Origin: Octopus bimaculoides
Lineage: Eukaryota
Direction: 5' to 3'
DNA: 53,026 nucleotides
NCBI RefSeq assembly: GCF_001194135.2
Contig: NC_068982.1
Coordinates: 141,613,420-141,666,445 of the forward strand
Both the position numbers and the translations under genes were made by a program. Positions 12,746 to 26,104 of the stretch are shown piece after piece. Below the pieces are notes generated by a model, which was not told the origin of the DNA, ran no database searches, and worked only from the letters and a program-made list of their open reading frames with translations. Each line of letters begins with the position of its first letter. The stretch's first letter is position 1.

Positions 12746-13543
12746 GATGTGTGTATATAGTGGTGCATGGATGTAGCCACATCAGATGCACAACAAACAA
12801 GCTAATCATGCATTTCCTTTACTCCAAAGCAAACCAGTTAAACATAGTACAACAGGGTACTCAATTTTCCTTCGTAGAAAAATTAGATTTTTTATGAGTA
12901 TGAACCTAATGCCTGCCATGAGACCCATTTGAAGATCTGCTGAAAACGACCTCACAGCTGGTTTTTCGTTATATTGCTTACGTACATTGCCTTTTCAGAG
13001 AAGTATTTAACAATAGTAAGAAGATAAAGTTTGTCATTATTACTTCTGGCTAGTTTTAGAAGACATTTCATGTCATGAATAAAAATTTTTGAACTACGAA
13101 CAATTGACTCTTTTGAAAACTATTTCTTTATTTCGCATTTTCCATTTATATCATTCATTGATATTCCATATTCATTCGCATTTGATACGAAAGTTTCAAA
13201 AAAAAAAAAAAAAAATTTAAATGTTTGTTATTGCAATTGAACAGAAAAGGATAGATATGTTTGTTTTTTCAGCGATCCCCATGTGGGACTTTTCAGAAAA
13301 TTTGTAATTTCCAAAATAATTCACATATGAAGAAAATTTAAATACTACATATTATTTTGATTCCTAAGACACCTGGCAAAGCCAAAACATATGAATAAGA
13401 AATTAGGCAACTAATGGGCTAAACATTTCACAAAATGCCATATACGACAAATGTTTGTGAACCTTTTCCCTTCCAAAAATCCCGAATCACTAGCCATACA
13501 AAACAAATTTTATCTAGTCGCAGCCTTCCATACATAGTGTTTA

Positions 13544-14798
13544 CAGGGTGCAGGCGGTATTCGCTCGCATTATTCGACTCATAATTTCATTATTGGTCTT
13601 TTTTTTTCTTTTTTACACAAAAGGAACACTATTTTTGCTTAACTGTTCTCAAGGAATAGTTGACTATAGAAACATTTGAATATTCCGACTGGTTGAAAAG
13701 GCATGGAGTCCTCCTTGGATTCCGCGCCAGAAAGACAAAGAAAGAGGTTTCAGACTTTCCAAGCTTCAGTGGAAGGATTATGGAAAAAGGTCAGAAAGGA
13801 GCTGCAAGATTCAGGATTCGACTATGAGGCGACAGCAGGGAAGGAGCCCCATGATACACGATTTGACACTATCAGAACGCTGAACTCGTCGCTGAAATAT
13901 CCCCGATATTATCAAAAATAATCCCAGGACGTCTATACATACCATTACACGGGACGAAGCTGTGGAAGAAAGTGTCTTCAGGCTGGTGATGCATAAGGTC
14001 ATTCACCACTCATCATTCAAGATGGCAGATATTTTTGTCCCAGGAGATGCAGGTAAAGAGAATCAAACATACCAAGAAGCAAATTAATAAGTGGAAATAC
14101 CTGTTGGAGCCAAACATTTTGTACTTGTCCGACGAGAAAAAAATTTGCGAAAGCCAGACGATCAACTCCCAGAACAACAAGTGGCTCACTGTCCCATCCA
14201 AGAACATGCCCAGACTCATGCAGATGAAATTTCTAGTGACAACCATGGTCTTAGGTATCGACAACGGTGAAAGTGACGTCATGCCTCCCCACTTCTTCCC
14301 TCATACCTTCAAGCTGAATACTGATGGTTACATCCGTGGTCTGTCTGAGGTGATAAAACTTTGGATCGAACGGGAAGCTGCAGTTTGGTGTATGTTAGGA
14401 ACCAAGACTCTTCTCCCTGCCACGTCAGCCGGAAGACCCAAGCCTGGCGGTCGGATAATTTGTTCGACTTCACAGCACCTGACATTTTGCCTTCCAACTC
14501 ACCTGACTGCAACCGCTCGGTTTTCTGTGGGGTACGCTGGAACGAGGGGTCAACCAATTTATCCGCGTCACGAAGGACAAGCAGAGGGCCAGTATAACTA
14601 GGGCCTTCGTGGCATAAACAGGAGACGGTGACGAAGGGTTTATGTCCTTGAAGCTAAATCGGGTCCATCGAGTGTGATCAAGAGAATGTGTCTTGAAGAC
14701 AAACAGACACAAATTTGTGGAATTTATCTCAAAAAATAAAACAAGGTTTTATCTTTGTCCCTAGACACACATCATGTGAGCGAATACCCTCTGCACCG
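13544..14798 (+). mobile_element. Full-length decayed Tc1/mariner transposon, DD37D (maT-type)
   Basis: Imperfect TIRs of about 28 bp (CAGGGTGCAGGCGGTATTCGCTCGCAT / reverse complement CGGTGCAGAGGGTATTCGCTCACAT) flanked by TA on both sides. Frameshifted transposase pieces in ORFs 13703-13921, 14035-14601 (NSQNNKWL...MPPHFFP...LNTDGYI) and 14361-14597 (QDSSPCH...PSNSPDCN); 37 residues separate the second D from the mutated third-D position. Confidence 0.9.
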
Positions 14799-14806
14799 TA
14801 TATGTA

Positions 14807-15235
14807 GGCACAAGCGTGGCTGTGTGGTAAGAAGTTTGCTTCACAACCATATGGTTTCCAGAATCAATCTTACTGCATGGCACCTTGGACGTGTGTTTTC
14901 TACTATATCCTCACGCCGACCAAAACTTTGTGAGTGGATTTGGTAAACGGAATCAGAAAGTCCTTCCTATATATATATATGTGTATGTGTGCATGCTTGT
15001 GTGTATTTATGAGTACGTCTGTGTGTCTGTGTTGTCTCATCAAACCCCCACTTGACAACAGATGCCGGTGTATATACGTCCCTGTCACGTAGCGGCTCGG
15101 CCATGAGACCGATAATATAAGTACAGGACTTAAAAATGAAATAAATTTTGGGGTCGATTAGTTCAACAAAATTTCTTCAAGGTGGTGCCCCAATATGGCC
15201 GCAGTTTAATAGCTGTAACAAGTAAAAGATAAAAG
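14807..15235 (+). mobile_element. tRNA-derived CORE-like SINE family C with internal microsatellite, full length
   Basis: Head GGCACAAGCGTGGCTGTGTGGTAAG; CORE-like GCACCTTGGACGTGTG; internal (TA)/(TG); tail ATGGCCGCAG...AAAAGATAAAAG; homologous to the minus copy at 31352-31761. Confidence 0.8.
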
Positions 15236-16762
15236 CTGAAGATACTTAGAGATGAACCATTAATGTGTCCATGATGTTCCCGGGATCTGATGAGCTAGAT
15301 TTCCTTATCCAACAGTATTGTATACGGCATGACATGTGTATTAGTGCAGACATTAAGCATAATTTATTATACACTGAAATTATTATTATACGAAGAAGGC
15401 TGCGGAGCAACAGTAGTCCGAACGTTGACACATGGTTAGCTAAATGTATTCACTTCGCATATCCTCTGGCAATTTTATGGTGTATATATTCCCCATGAAG
15501 TAATTGCATCAATTGAACGTCTTGGATTTAAGCTATAAATGCATTATTCTCCCCTATATTGTATCACTCTGTGGTTGTTAACCGAGTCCGTAAGAGGAGC
15601 TTTCTGTGATAACCACACGATTCTATGAATTCATATATTGCGCAACAAATTTTATATTCATATATATTTCATTTACGAATATCAATGTTGTTGCTTATAT
15701 AATTGATAAAACAGGAATAAATAACAAAATTCTATATTTGTCATTTCTGTTCCCTCAGTTTTCTATGAAAATTGATGCAGCATCGTTTGTTATATTCTTT
15801 ACTGAAGCTTCCAAAAAATATGAGCACATCTATAAAATAAATCGTTATATCCTGTTCAATAATGTTTACACATAATTATTTTCTAAAGCACTGTTACTTC
15901 TGTCTTAGCTAATCATATTATGATTAAACGAAACGAAAGAGTTTTCGCTAATTACAAACATCATTATAATTTCCCTTTCCTGTGTGAGTGTGTGTTTTTT
16001 TTTCATTCAATCTGCGTATGCAAACATCGATTGCCAGCTATAGAACTCCTCATCTATTTCATTAATGTTGGTTTGCTTTTATGGTACACATTTGCATTTC
16101 GATGAATAATCTAGTATGATTTTTGTTTTTTTAATAGCGTTCTTTCATTCTCGTCGGTTTCATTATTATTTACTTTTATGGATATTCTTGGAACAATAGC
16201 TGCGGTGGTTTTTGTTTTTATATGTTTGTTGAAAGAAATACTATATTGCCTACTAAATATTCATGTTAAACCAGGTATATCGAATATAGAATATAACAGG
16301 ACCGTGCAACTCTGGTTATAATGATATGTTTATTGATCATGGTATAATTTCAGGGACGAAGATCAAAATAATTTATATAGGACGTAAAAAGATATGTACG
16401 TGTATCCACAACCATATTCACCATGTTCATGTACACTCAGGCGTGGTAAGATCTTTCAAAGTGGATATAATCTCGGGTGAATTTCTTCCCAATATTTAAT
16501 GTATGCGAAAACACATCATTTGGTAACTGATGACATCAACATTACCTTACATCATCTTTGGATATTGAACCAATCGTTCACAGCCCTAAGTAAATGATTT
16601 TTTTAAATATATAAGTAAAGCAATTAAATTATTTGTTGATGTATACAAAGTGTGGTCAAGCTGAAAGTAATTAGATATGCAAAGCAGCTTTGAATGACAC
16701 ATTTGTGTATAAACCTACTTAAAATGTTCGCTTTTCTTTTCGTTTTCAATTTCAAACATATA

Positions 16763-16974
16763 CAGGATGCGGCAAAAATACCTCCCACATTTTAGAATGT
16801 TCACCTATGCGTTGCTAATGAAATTATGCAAGTACACATGATGTTTTCATTTAGCTCATGACCAAAACCTGTATCCCTTCCTTTAAACAAAACTAAAATT
16901 AATTTTTCATAAATGTTGTTTCTTTTCCCTTTTCTCAACCTTTGAAATGTGAGAGGTATTTCTGCCGCACACTG
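16763..16974. mobile_element. Tc1/mariner-type MITE
   Basis: TA|CAGGATGCGGCAAAAATACCTCCCACATTT versus reverse complement of the right end CAGTGTGCGGCAGAAATACCTCTCACATTT (about 30-bp imperfect TIR). Confidence 0.7.
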
Positions 16975-17890
16975 AATGTCTATATGCTTCGCACGATCAG
17001 CATTAACTATTGAGAGTTAGTAGTCTTCACCTGTCCAGTAGCAATGTTATATAATTTTCTCGTGAGAAGTAGAGGTTTTTTCTCCGAAAACTGATGAATA
17101 CTTTATAAATTAGGATCTTCTTCACTATGTGTATAATCACCAAATAGCTATTAGAGTGTCCACTCATTTACCACATGATAAATTGCATTTTGCTTAACAT
17201 ATTTTCGGTACACCAACATAATAGAAGAAATTCTATATTCATAAATAATTCAGCAGACTTAAGAGAACAAGCCAACATTTTTTCTCGATAAACGACTATA
17301 GGGCGACTTTTCAAATACTTCGACTATATACGGTATTGTCATTTGAAAAACCAAGATAAGAGAAATTAATATTTCCATAATCAATCGGGTACTCAAAATA
17401 TATTTAAGAGCAGCTTCGTTCAAAACTTTGGTTGAGAGTGGTCTTCACGATCATCGGTAAGAATAGATCGTTAAAATTGAATTATTACAAAAGTTACTTC
17501 TAGAGAGTACAACACTTAAACCCACACCTTTCTTAATATATATGCTTTTGTAGCTGAGCAACACGAAGTTGTACATATTGAGTAACGCATTATATAACTA
17601 CGTAAGACAATTCAATTCACCTGGAAACAAGAACGAAATTCCTCACTGTAATTCATTGACATACGTAGAAACCAAATGCACAGATTCATACATGAAAGAA
17701 CCACTTATCTCAAACAGCGTACGTATTCGAAAAATGATTGTTAAATAAATATATGAAAAAACGTATATTGTCCCACTGTATCAACTTAAACCGAAGATGT
17801 TGGACGTTGAAAGCATCTATCCCTGGATAATGAGTACAATAAAAAAAAAAAACAGTTGAAGCCACTGTTCTCCCTTATTTTACTACGATA

Positions 17891-18713
17891 CAGGTTGTTC
17901 AAAAAGTCTCTCCGTATTGAATATTTTGAAGACGCCATCAACACCGAGGAATAATGCTCAAATATTACAGTTCTGTATTTAAGCGATGAGGAATTATGTA
18001 CATTATTTACATTTGACGTACATTTGTCCTCATCTTATTTGTTGTTAATTGGCTGGAGAGTATATCAGCTGGAGGGTATATCAGCTAGAGGGTATATCAG
18101 CTAGAGGGTATATCATCCGGAGGGTATATCGTTTCAGTTGGAGGGTATATCAGCCGAAACGTTGTGTTAACGATAGACAAGATGAGGAAAAATATCCGTC
18201 AAATGTAAATAATGTAATTAATGCTCAAATATTGTCTATCCATTTGTAGCCCAACTCATTGAAACTGAAATTAATAATGCATACTTTCAGCAAGGTGGAG
18301 CTAGAGCACATACTTCGCGTATCACCATGGAGCTACTTTAAATTTTTTTCGGTGAACGGATTATTTCGAAAGGACTTTGCCACCAAAATCACCTGATTTA
18401 ATACCGCCAGACATTTTTTTCCGGAGAGTATCTGTACAAGAATCTCCCGAAAAACATTATAGAGCTTAAAAAACGCAACTATAACCTTCATACGGACCAT
18501 ACCATGTCAGACTCTCCAACATGTATTTCAAAATATGTGTAGAAAAGTCCACTCATGTACTGAACATGAAGGACGACATTTTCAACACCTCTTATAAAGT
18601 TTTTTTTTTTAATCTTTTAAAGTCTAATATATCCTTTTGTAGTCTTATGCCATCTTATAAATATTTATTTTGCAATAAAATACTTACTGCGGTGAGACGG
18701 TTTGAATATCCTG
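17891..18713 (+). mobile_element. Internally deleted DD37D/maT-type transposon, interrupted by a nested insertion
   Basis: TA|CAGGTTGTTCAAAAAGTCTCTCCG ... CGGTGAGACGGTTTGAATATCCTG|TA TIRs. After removing 17967-18233 the frame reads FEDAINTEE*CSNIVYPFVAQLIETEINNAYFQQGGARAHTSRITMELL*IFFGERIISKGL, followed by frameshifted PPKSPDL...HFQHLL*. Confidence 0.85.
17967..18218. mobile_element. Fold-back insertion of the HHR-bearing repeat family (3' parts only) with a 15-bp TSD
   Basis: TAATGCTCAAATATT duplicated exactly at 17952-17966 and 18219-18233. Left arm is the reverse complement of the right arm (GATGAGGACAAAT..CGTCAAATGTAAATAATG). Centre holds about 6 copies of a 15-nt GGAGGGTATATCAGC unit. 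Homologous to 39284-39803. Confidence 0.85.
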
Positions 18714-19373
18714 TACAAGAAACGATGGAAGTATTCATGTTGATATTATTAAGATATTCGACAAAACTGAGAGAATCGGAATAGTATGCAACACAACAAA
18801 ATACGTCAAAACTTAACGACACTTTTCAGCTCAATGAATGCTAGTTGTAACTTTAGAAAAATACCGGATTTATCAGAACGTCTCGTGCTGGAATAATGTA
18901 GGAATCGTTTAAATATCAGGATACCGGTTTATATGGATCCTTGATTAACATGAGAAACAGATATATCAGGAATGCTTAATTATATATGGTAAACAGAATC
19001 TCACATTATTAACTTATATAAAATTTCGGCACTTAGCAAATCCGATATTGCAAATTTACACCATAAAAGTAGAAAATATAAGGTTTGCTGATTGGTTAAT
19101 CAGTAACATTAGCACTCTGCCTCAAATTGGTGGCTTTTAACGAATGTAAAACAAAATATAATTCAAAACTATTTATCGTTGTCATAGCGGAAGCAAAGTT
19201 AGTACTTTTTGTATTTAATTCTTATATACATAACCAAATAGTCTTCTATACTGTATTCATATACACCAATAGGACACTGATTGGTGATGAAAGAAAAAAA
19301 ATAGTCATTGAAAAATCAGTTGGGTACAAATATAATTGTTTCATCTCTTAAGATTAGCATTTCTGTATTACCT

Positions 19374-19525
19374 CCTCTCCCTCCTCCTCCTCCTCCTTCT
19401 TCTTCTTCTTCTTCTTCTTCTTCTTCTTCTTCTTCTTCTTCTTCTTCTTCTTCTTCTTCTTCTTCTTCTTCTTCTTCTTCTTCTTCTTCTTCTTCTTCTT
19501 CTTCTTCTACTTCTTCTTCTTCTTC
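19374..19525. repeat. (CTC)n-(TTC)n trinucleotide microsatellite
   Basis: Direct reading; explains the poly-S, poly-E and poly-L ORFs in the track. Confidence 0.95.
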
Positions 19526-19770
19526 ATTCTGTTCATCATAATCACCTTCGTCATTTTCTTTTTCATATACTTTCTTCTTTTGCTTCGTCCAATCTTTCTC
19601 TTCTCTTTTTTCTAATGTGTCTTTTCTTCTCATTGCTGTCATTGTTCATCACAGACTTCCTTCATTTATTCAACTTGATCTGCTTGTTCTGCATCCTATC
19701 TTTGCCTTTTCGCCCTCCTTCTCTCCTCTTCCGCAGATAGATAAATAGATAGATAGCAGACAGATAATTA

Positions 19771-19812
<42 letters not shown>

Positions 19813-20364
19813 NNNNNNNNNNNNNNNNNNNNNNNNNNNNNNNNNNNNNNNNNNNNNNNNNNNNNNNNNNNNNNNNNNNNNNNNNNNNNNNNNNNNNNNN
19901 NNNNNNNNNNNNNNNNNNNNNNNNNNNNNNNNNNNNNNNNNNNNNNNNNNNNNNNNNNNNNNNNNNNNNNNNNNNNNNNNNNNNNNNNNNNNNNNNNNNN
20001 NNNNNNNNNNNNNNNNNNNNNNNNNNNNNNNNNNNNNNNNNNNNNNNNNNNNNNNNNNNNNNNNNNNNNNNNNNNNNNNNNNNNNNNNNNNNNNNNNNNN
20101 NNNNNNNNNNNNNNNNNNNNNNNNNNNNNNNNNNNNNNNNNNNNNATTTGTAGTTTGGAATCAGTAGTTCTTTGACTGCTATTTCTAAATTTTCAGTATG
20201 TTGGAGAAGCAACTCAATTGCTAATCCCTGTATATTTATAATGATAAATAGTCTTACCGATAAAGGTTTTTTTCATACTGAACTACTTGGCAGAATTGTT
20301 AATTATTAATTCTATTATTAATTGACGATTCTCTGCCCTTATTCTTGTATATATATATATATAT

Positions 20365-20435
<71 letters not shown>

Positions 20436-22274
20436 TGCATTTTTGTGTTGGTATTTTTCCCTCCACTACTTAAAAACCGATAGTGGTTTGTTTACGTTAA
20501 TGTAATTTAGTATTTCGGTTGTGTTGCAGTATCGCCGCAATCCCCTAACTGAAATTCCTGACAAAGATAACGATTCGATTTCTTTTAGTTGCAGCTAATC
20601 ATATTATGTAATCTGTCGTCTCAAGCATAACTCATTGAAATTCTGGCCTAATTGTAACCAATATGGAAGCTTATAAATACCAGTGTTGCAGGTATTAACA
20701 TCACATTTATAACGTATGAATGTAGGACAAGTTTATATAAACTTTGCTTTAAGCGATATGATGTACTGGGTTTTAACAGTTAAGTATGTGCCAACGTGCC
20801 ACTTATAATAAATCGGGTATACTGTATAAATGAATCGAGGTATATGATAGACTAAGGTATAAACTTAGGCCTGTTAGGAACCCTAATATCTGAACATAAA
20901 TCAGTTTGCAAGGCGTTTAAGTGAATGAGATTAAAACACTCCCCACAGAAAGTGATTACGGCCATTTTCAGATTTAACTTCACAGCCATTCCATGAATAG
21001 CTGTGAATTGCAGTAAGGTGAAATGCCATGTTTGCCTAAGAACGTAAGGCACCTCCTGGGTCAGGAATCGAAACCTTGATTTTTAAGGATAGCATCATAC
21101 GACAAATGCCATTAATAGATGTCAGAATGTTTCTGTAATTCAGTTCATCGACTTTAGATTCCTAAAATATAAACTGACATGGTTGACTTTTGACATGTTC
21201 CCCATATGCCATACCACGAGCAAAAGCAATAGTAATTACTGAAAACCAAAGACAAAGCATTTGAATGGTAAATCAGTTTGGTAGAAACAGCAGTCAACTT
21301 CTTTTAAATCCAGCAAGGAAAAGGACATCTCAGACAATGAGGTCATTGATAATGAACATTGATGATCAGAATTTGAATAACATCAGGTAAAATCTCCGTC
21401 GCTATTGACGATCAGCATTTATTCGTTCGACCGTCTGTTACCCTGTGAATGAAAATAAGGTGTCCCCGTTCCTCAAATAAAATCATTATAAAGCCAACTA
21501 ACAAGGTTCGATCATTCACACCGAGACACAGTTCAGAGAGACGAAACGTGGAAGTCATGTCTCAAGTACTAGACTGGCAGTTTATTCAGATACTCCTCAA
21601 GGACAATTAGATGTAAATTTAAAAATTGGGTGGAATTTGAACACAGAAAGAAAATAATCCACTGAATTCTACGGCAATTCATTCAATCTGATGCTGTAGC
21701 GTTTTGGCCAATTCACCACCTTAGCTAAAGCAACAAAAATAAACTGGCTTTATAGTGATTTATTGTGTGGTGGTAATTTATTTCATATATTGTATTTAGA
21801 TAATCAAACGAATTAATCTCAGTATATTGCAAACATTTAATTTATTGACGGCAGAATCAAATAATGGATAAAATCATTCACAGTAGGTGTTGAATTCGGA
21901 ACATTAATATTGGAAGAAGGAAAACGCTTTAAATTATTGATTCCTCTCACAGACACACATTAGGGATCTTGGTTATACACGTCTTATTTTGTGTATTTAT
22001 TTTCACGCTGTTGCTTTACGGTTCCAGAGTATATCGATCCCGTTAATGGTAAAATGGAATATTGACTTTAACGGGTTTTGAAATCAGGAACTTACAGAAG
22101 TGTTAATCAATGCCGAAAGGAATTTTCTTTATCACTTTTCTGGTTCTACTCGTTCAGATTCTTTACTTTACGGAATTCTCTAATGTGTTTAAACCGCGAC
22201 AAAAATTAGAAATCTAATAAAAAGCAATTATATGAAATTGATAACTTTTACGATTATACGACACAGATATTCAT

Positions 22275-22475
22275 GCTGAGCAGAATTTTCATCATACCAA
22301 ACGATACGCTCGTGTTTACGTTTCGAGTTCAAACCCCACTGAGGTCGGCTTAAAATTTCTTCCTATCGGGGGTCGATAAAATAAGTAGAAGTTGAGCACT
22401 AGGGACAATGTAATCAACTGGCTACCTCCCCACCCCCGCCACGTTTCACCCCTTGTACCTAGAGTAGACAGGATA
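22275..22475 (+). mobile_element. Degraded SINE family A copy
   Basis: GAGTTCAAACCCC...TATCGGGGGTCGATAAAATAAGTAG...CCTTGTACCTAGAGTAGA; another weak copy lies at about 23295-23428. Confidence 0.65.
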
Positions 22476-22539
22476 TTAAATAAGGAAGTCTATAATGATG
22501 GGTAAGAGGAGGAGGATGGGGAGGAGTGGAAGAAGGAAA

Positions 22540-22840
22540 ATGGGACAAAGAGAAAGGAAAACGATGACGTTGATGACGGTGGTGATATTAATGATGATGA
22601 TGATGAACAGGAGTACGATGATGGTGATAGCGATATTGATATTAATGAAGTAGTGGGGAAGAGCATAATGGCGACTATGAAGATGACGAGAATGTTGATG
22701 ATGGTGGTGGCTGTGGTGGTGGTGGTGGTGGTGTTGGTGGTAGTAGTAGTAATAGGAGCAGAAATAGTAGTAGTAGTAGTAGTTGTAGGATAAAGATGAT
22801 GATGAAGATGCTGACGGCAACTACGACGACGAAGATAATG
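22540..22840. repeat. Compound (GAT)/(GGT)/(AGT) low-complexity tract
   Basis: Direct reading; explains the poly-H, poly-T and poly-Y ORFs. Confidence 0.9.
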
Positions 22841-23426
22841 ATTAAGAGGTACAGAACAGTACACGCGATGAAGACAACTTAATAATAACGACTACCGTTA
22901 AATTTCATCGTACATTCTTCAAAAGAGTAACGAAGTTGGTAGTAAGACATGTCCCCGATATACAACTGGCAAAAACAGCAACTGTACATGATACAGCACA
23001 ACCAATGCTGTCTATGTGCATAAAAAAAGAACCGTTTCTGCAATGTCAGCCCTTCAAAAGTTATAAACCACGATATGCTTTCCGGTGACTCAAGAACTAC
23101 TACAAAACAAACATGTTTATAATATGAATAATGTATATAGCAGAGCGAGAGTGTATCGTTTAATATATGTATGAAGGTTTTACTTGAGAGATCAATAAAA
23201 AAGGGTAATATTCATTGGATAATAGAAAACAATTTCCGTTGACATAAGGAGAAAGTCAAATCTACGATCTTATTTGATTGTTAAAGCGATTTTATGGCCG
23301 AAAAACCTTTCGGGTGTGAACCTAAGTGTTCTATGCTGTTTGCTTTCATCTTCAGTTGGGTAGTTTTTGCCTTTCAATTTATCGGGGTAGATAAAGTAAT
23401 TACAAGGCCTAGTTCGATTCAATCGA

Positions 23427-23493
<67 letters not shown>

Positions 23494-23585
23494 NNNNNNN
23501 NNNTTTGTGCATTTGTGTAGATATATAGAAATGTATGTATATATATATATATCATCGTCATTTAACATACGTTTTCGATTCTGGC

Positions 23586-23637
<52 letters not shown>

Positions 23638-24159
23638 TGATAGATAGATAGATAGATAGAGAGATAGTATTTTCTCTGTAAGTATACAATTAAATCAATG
23701 ATAGGCTTGGCATGACATGCATTAAATATTCACTCTCTTATATCGATAGGTTAATAGCAAATTTAGTCTGTCCTTTTAGACTATTGCAAGGATCCTTCTG
23801 CAATTTCTTACCAACATTTTCTGTGGCATTACGTGTCAAATAAATGCTATCTGTTCAGATAGTTGGTATGTTTTATGGAGCTGTATGTTCCTGCCATGTG
23901 AACTGAACCTACCGATGAAAGCCAAAATACCTTTATTGTTTCTTTACTGGTGCCCATAATATTATTTTTAATGTTACAGGAGTTAGCTACACCTGACATT
24001 GAAAACAGCGTATCACTGATGAAATGCTATTGATTTTAATTGATGGTTGTAGAGGAAGCAGTTGAGCTCATGCTGCTTGCAGTCTCTTCAAGGTCAGAGG
24101 GCTTTAAGCTGTTAAAGTTTCATTTAATTTTAGTAGAGATTTAGTTAAGCATTAGACAG

Positions 24160-24400
24160 TACATGGAGGATTGCAAGACGAAACGTTTAAACCAGAGAAG
24201 CTGCGAGACGTCATTGATGAAAAAAGACGCGAGTTAAGAAACAGGGGTTCTGGAGTCTTCATATGCAAACACACCGAACTGAACAAAAACGTTTGAGTAA
24301 GAGAATGTATCCTGGACAAGGGAGATAGGTTGTGGATAGAGTTGAGCAATTGTATGTAAAAATAAAATAGGGTGTGTGATTTGTGTGAGAATAATGAGTG
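24160..24400 (+). pseudogene. Possible decayed LINE APE-endonuclease fragment
   Basis: Frame reads ...KRRELRNRGSGVFICKHTEL...*VRECILDKGDRLWIELSNC, resembling the RGGGV.I.V...E.LWIEL motifs of APE domains; many stops; weak. Confidence 0.3.
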
Positions 24401-26051
24401 CTGAATGGAAACTTATTTGGGGAGAAGATATTGCTTCTTTGAAAAGAGGAGGGGAAATCGGCCACAGATTTGGACATGAGAATCACAGAGAGTAATTATG
24501 CAGACGGAATCTATAAACAGGAGGCTTGATATTAATGCTTGCCACAAAGCAAACTCTGCTAAATACACCCTCTTCTTTTAAGTGCTCGATGATGATGTTA
24601 AACGGGACAGGTTTGTATGCCTACAAATTTCACGTATACAAAAGCGAAACATTGTCATTTAGAACCATATGTAAGTGCTTTTGTGAAGTACGTCGCTGTG
24701 ACATTTTGTTACGAGAATTATAAAGAACATTCTAGAAACTAGGGTGGAAAATATCTATGTATTCTGAGCTGTATTATTGTGTTCATATAAAGACATCACT
24801 AAGGAAATATTGAATCGATTTACAATTTGGGGGGGGGGGGTGTAACCAGCAGTTACTCAGACAAAGGTTCATTCAGTAATACATATAGACTTCAAATGTA
24901 TTATCTCTGCTAATGAGGTGGATTAAGAAAATCTATATGGGCAATAGTGGGAGGATTTATATGGTCATTCGAATGACCATAAATATAAACAGAAGTATTG
25001 ATGGCCATGGTCATGGATGGCTGCTTTAGTCTCTGAGGATTGGTTTCCTCGCAGAAGTTTGTGTTGAAGGTAAACAGATCAACGTTATCAAAAACAATTA
25101 TGTATGTCTCAATCATTTGTTTAACGATTCGTGTTAGACATCAAAATTAAAATTAGACCGTTTGTCAATAGTGTGCTATCTTTTGCCGATACGCATTTCG
25201 ATTTCATAATCAAAATAAAGACCACCATTTATGTTCTATAAACATGCCGGATATTTTCAATTCAGTCAAAAATAAATCTGAGATTTGAAATAAAATATGT
25301 AAGGAGTCGCTACATTAGGCAAAATAGTGTCACAGTAAAAAATGTTAAAACATACATTGATGCTACTCTTATCACACAACACTATACGTACGTTAGATAT
25401 ATATCGAGAACGTAGTCATAGGCTACAAAATACGGTGATAATGGAATTTTTTTATGAAATACGGGTTATTAAAACTGTGTTAGCCAAAAAGAGATATTTC
25501 TTCAAAGACTAAATTTTAGTCATGTCGAATATATTCAGTTTTTATTTTGTTTTGCTTGATTCCGTTTTTTTTTTCTTTTTTACTGTTAGTTTTATATATT
25601 TCAAAAGAATGTTCTATCTCGGTGCCTCGTTGTGTCGCTATTTCTCTCTAAATAACATGCTGTCATACAACATGCAAAGCAAGTAGACATGCACGTACGC
25701 GGTAGTATACACGCATATGTCTAGATGCTAGTGTGCATATATTTACGTGCTTATGCACGTCTAAGCGTACGTATAACCATCAATGCAACCATATGTAGAA
25801 ATGCATGTATATATGAGCACCGATATGTGTGTGTGTGTGTGTGTGTGACTGTTTGTGTTTGTATGTATGTATATGTAGGTAGGTACATATGTATCTCTAT
25901 GTATATATTACATACCATGACAGAGAGAGATACACATATATCGTGTGATTATATATGTAGTTACAAACACACACACATATATATACATATATACGTATAT
26001 ATATTTATACATATATATCTATCTATATATATATATACATATATATATATG

Positions 26052-26104
<53 letters not shown>

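Noticed and set aside
19308-19740. Poly-S, poly-E and poly-L ORFs (also poly-H/T/Y at about 22476-22864 and poly-I/N at about 32377-32598, 39313-39619, 50769-51032)
   Set aside because: They are translations of trinucleotide microsatellites.
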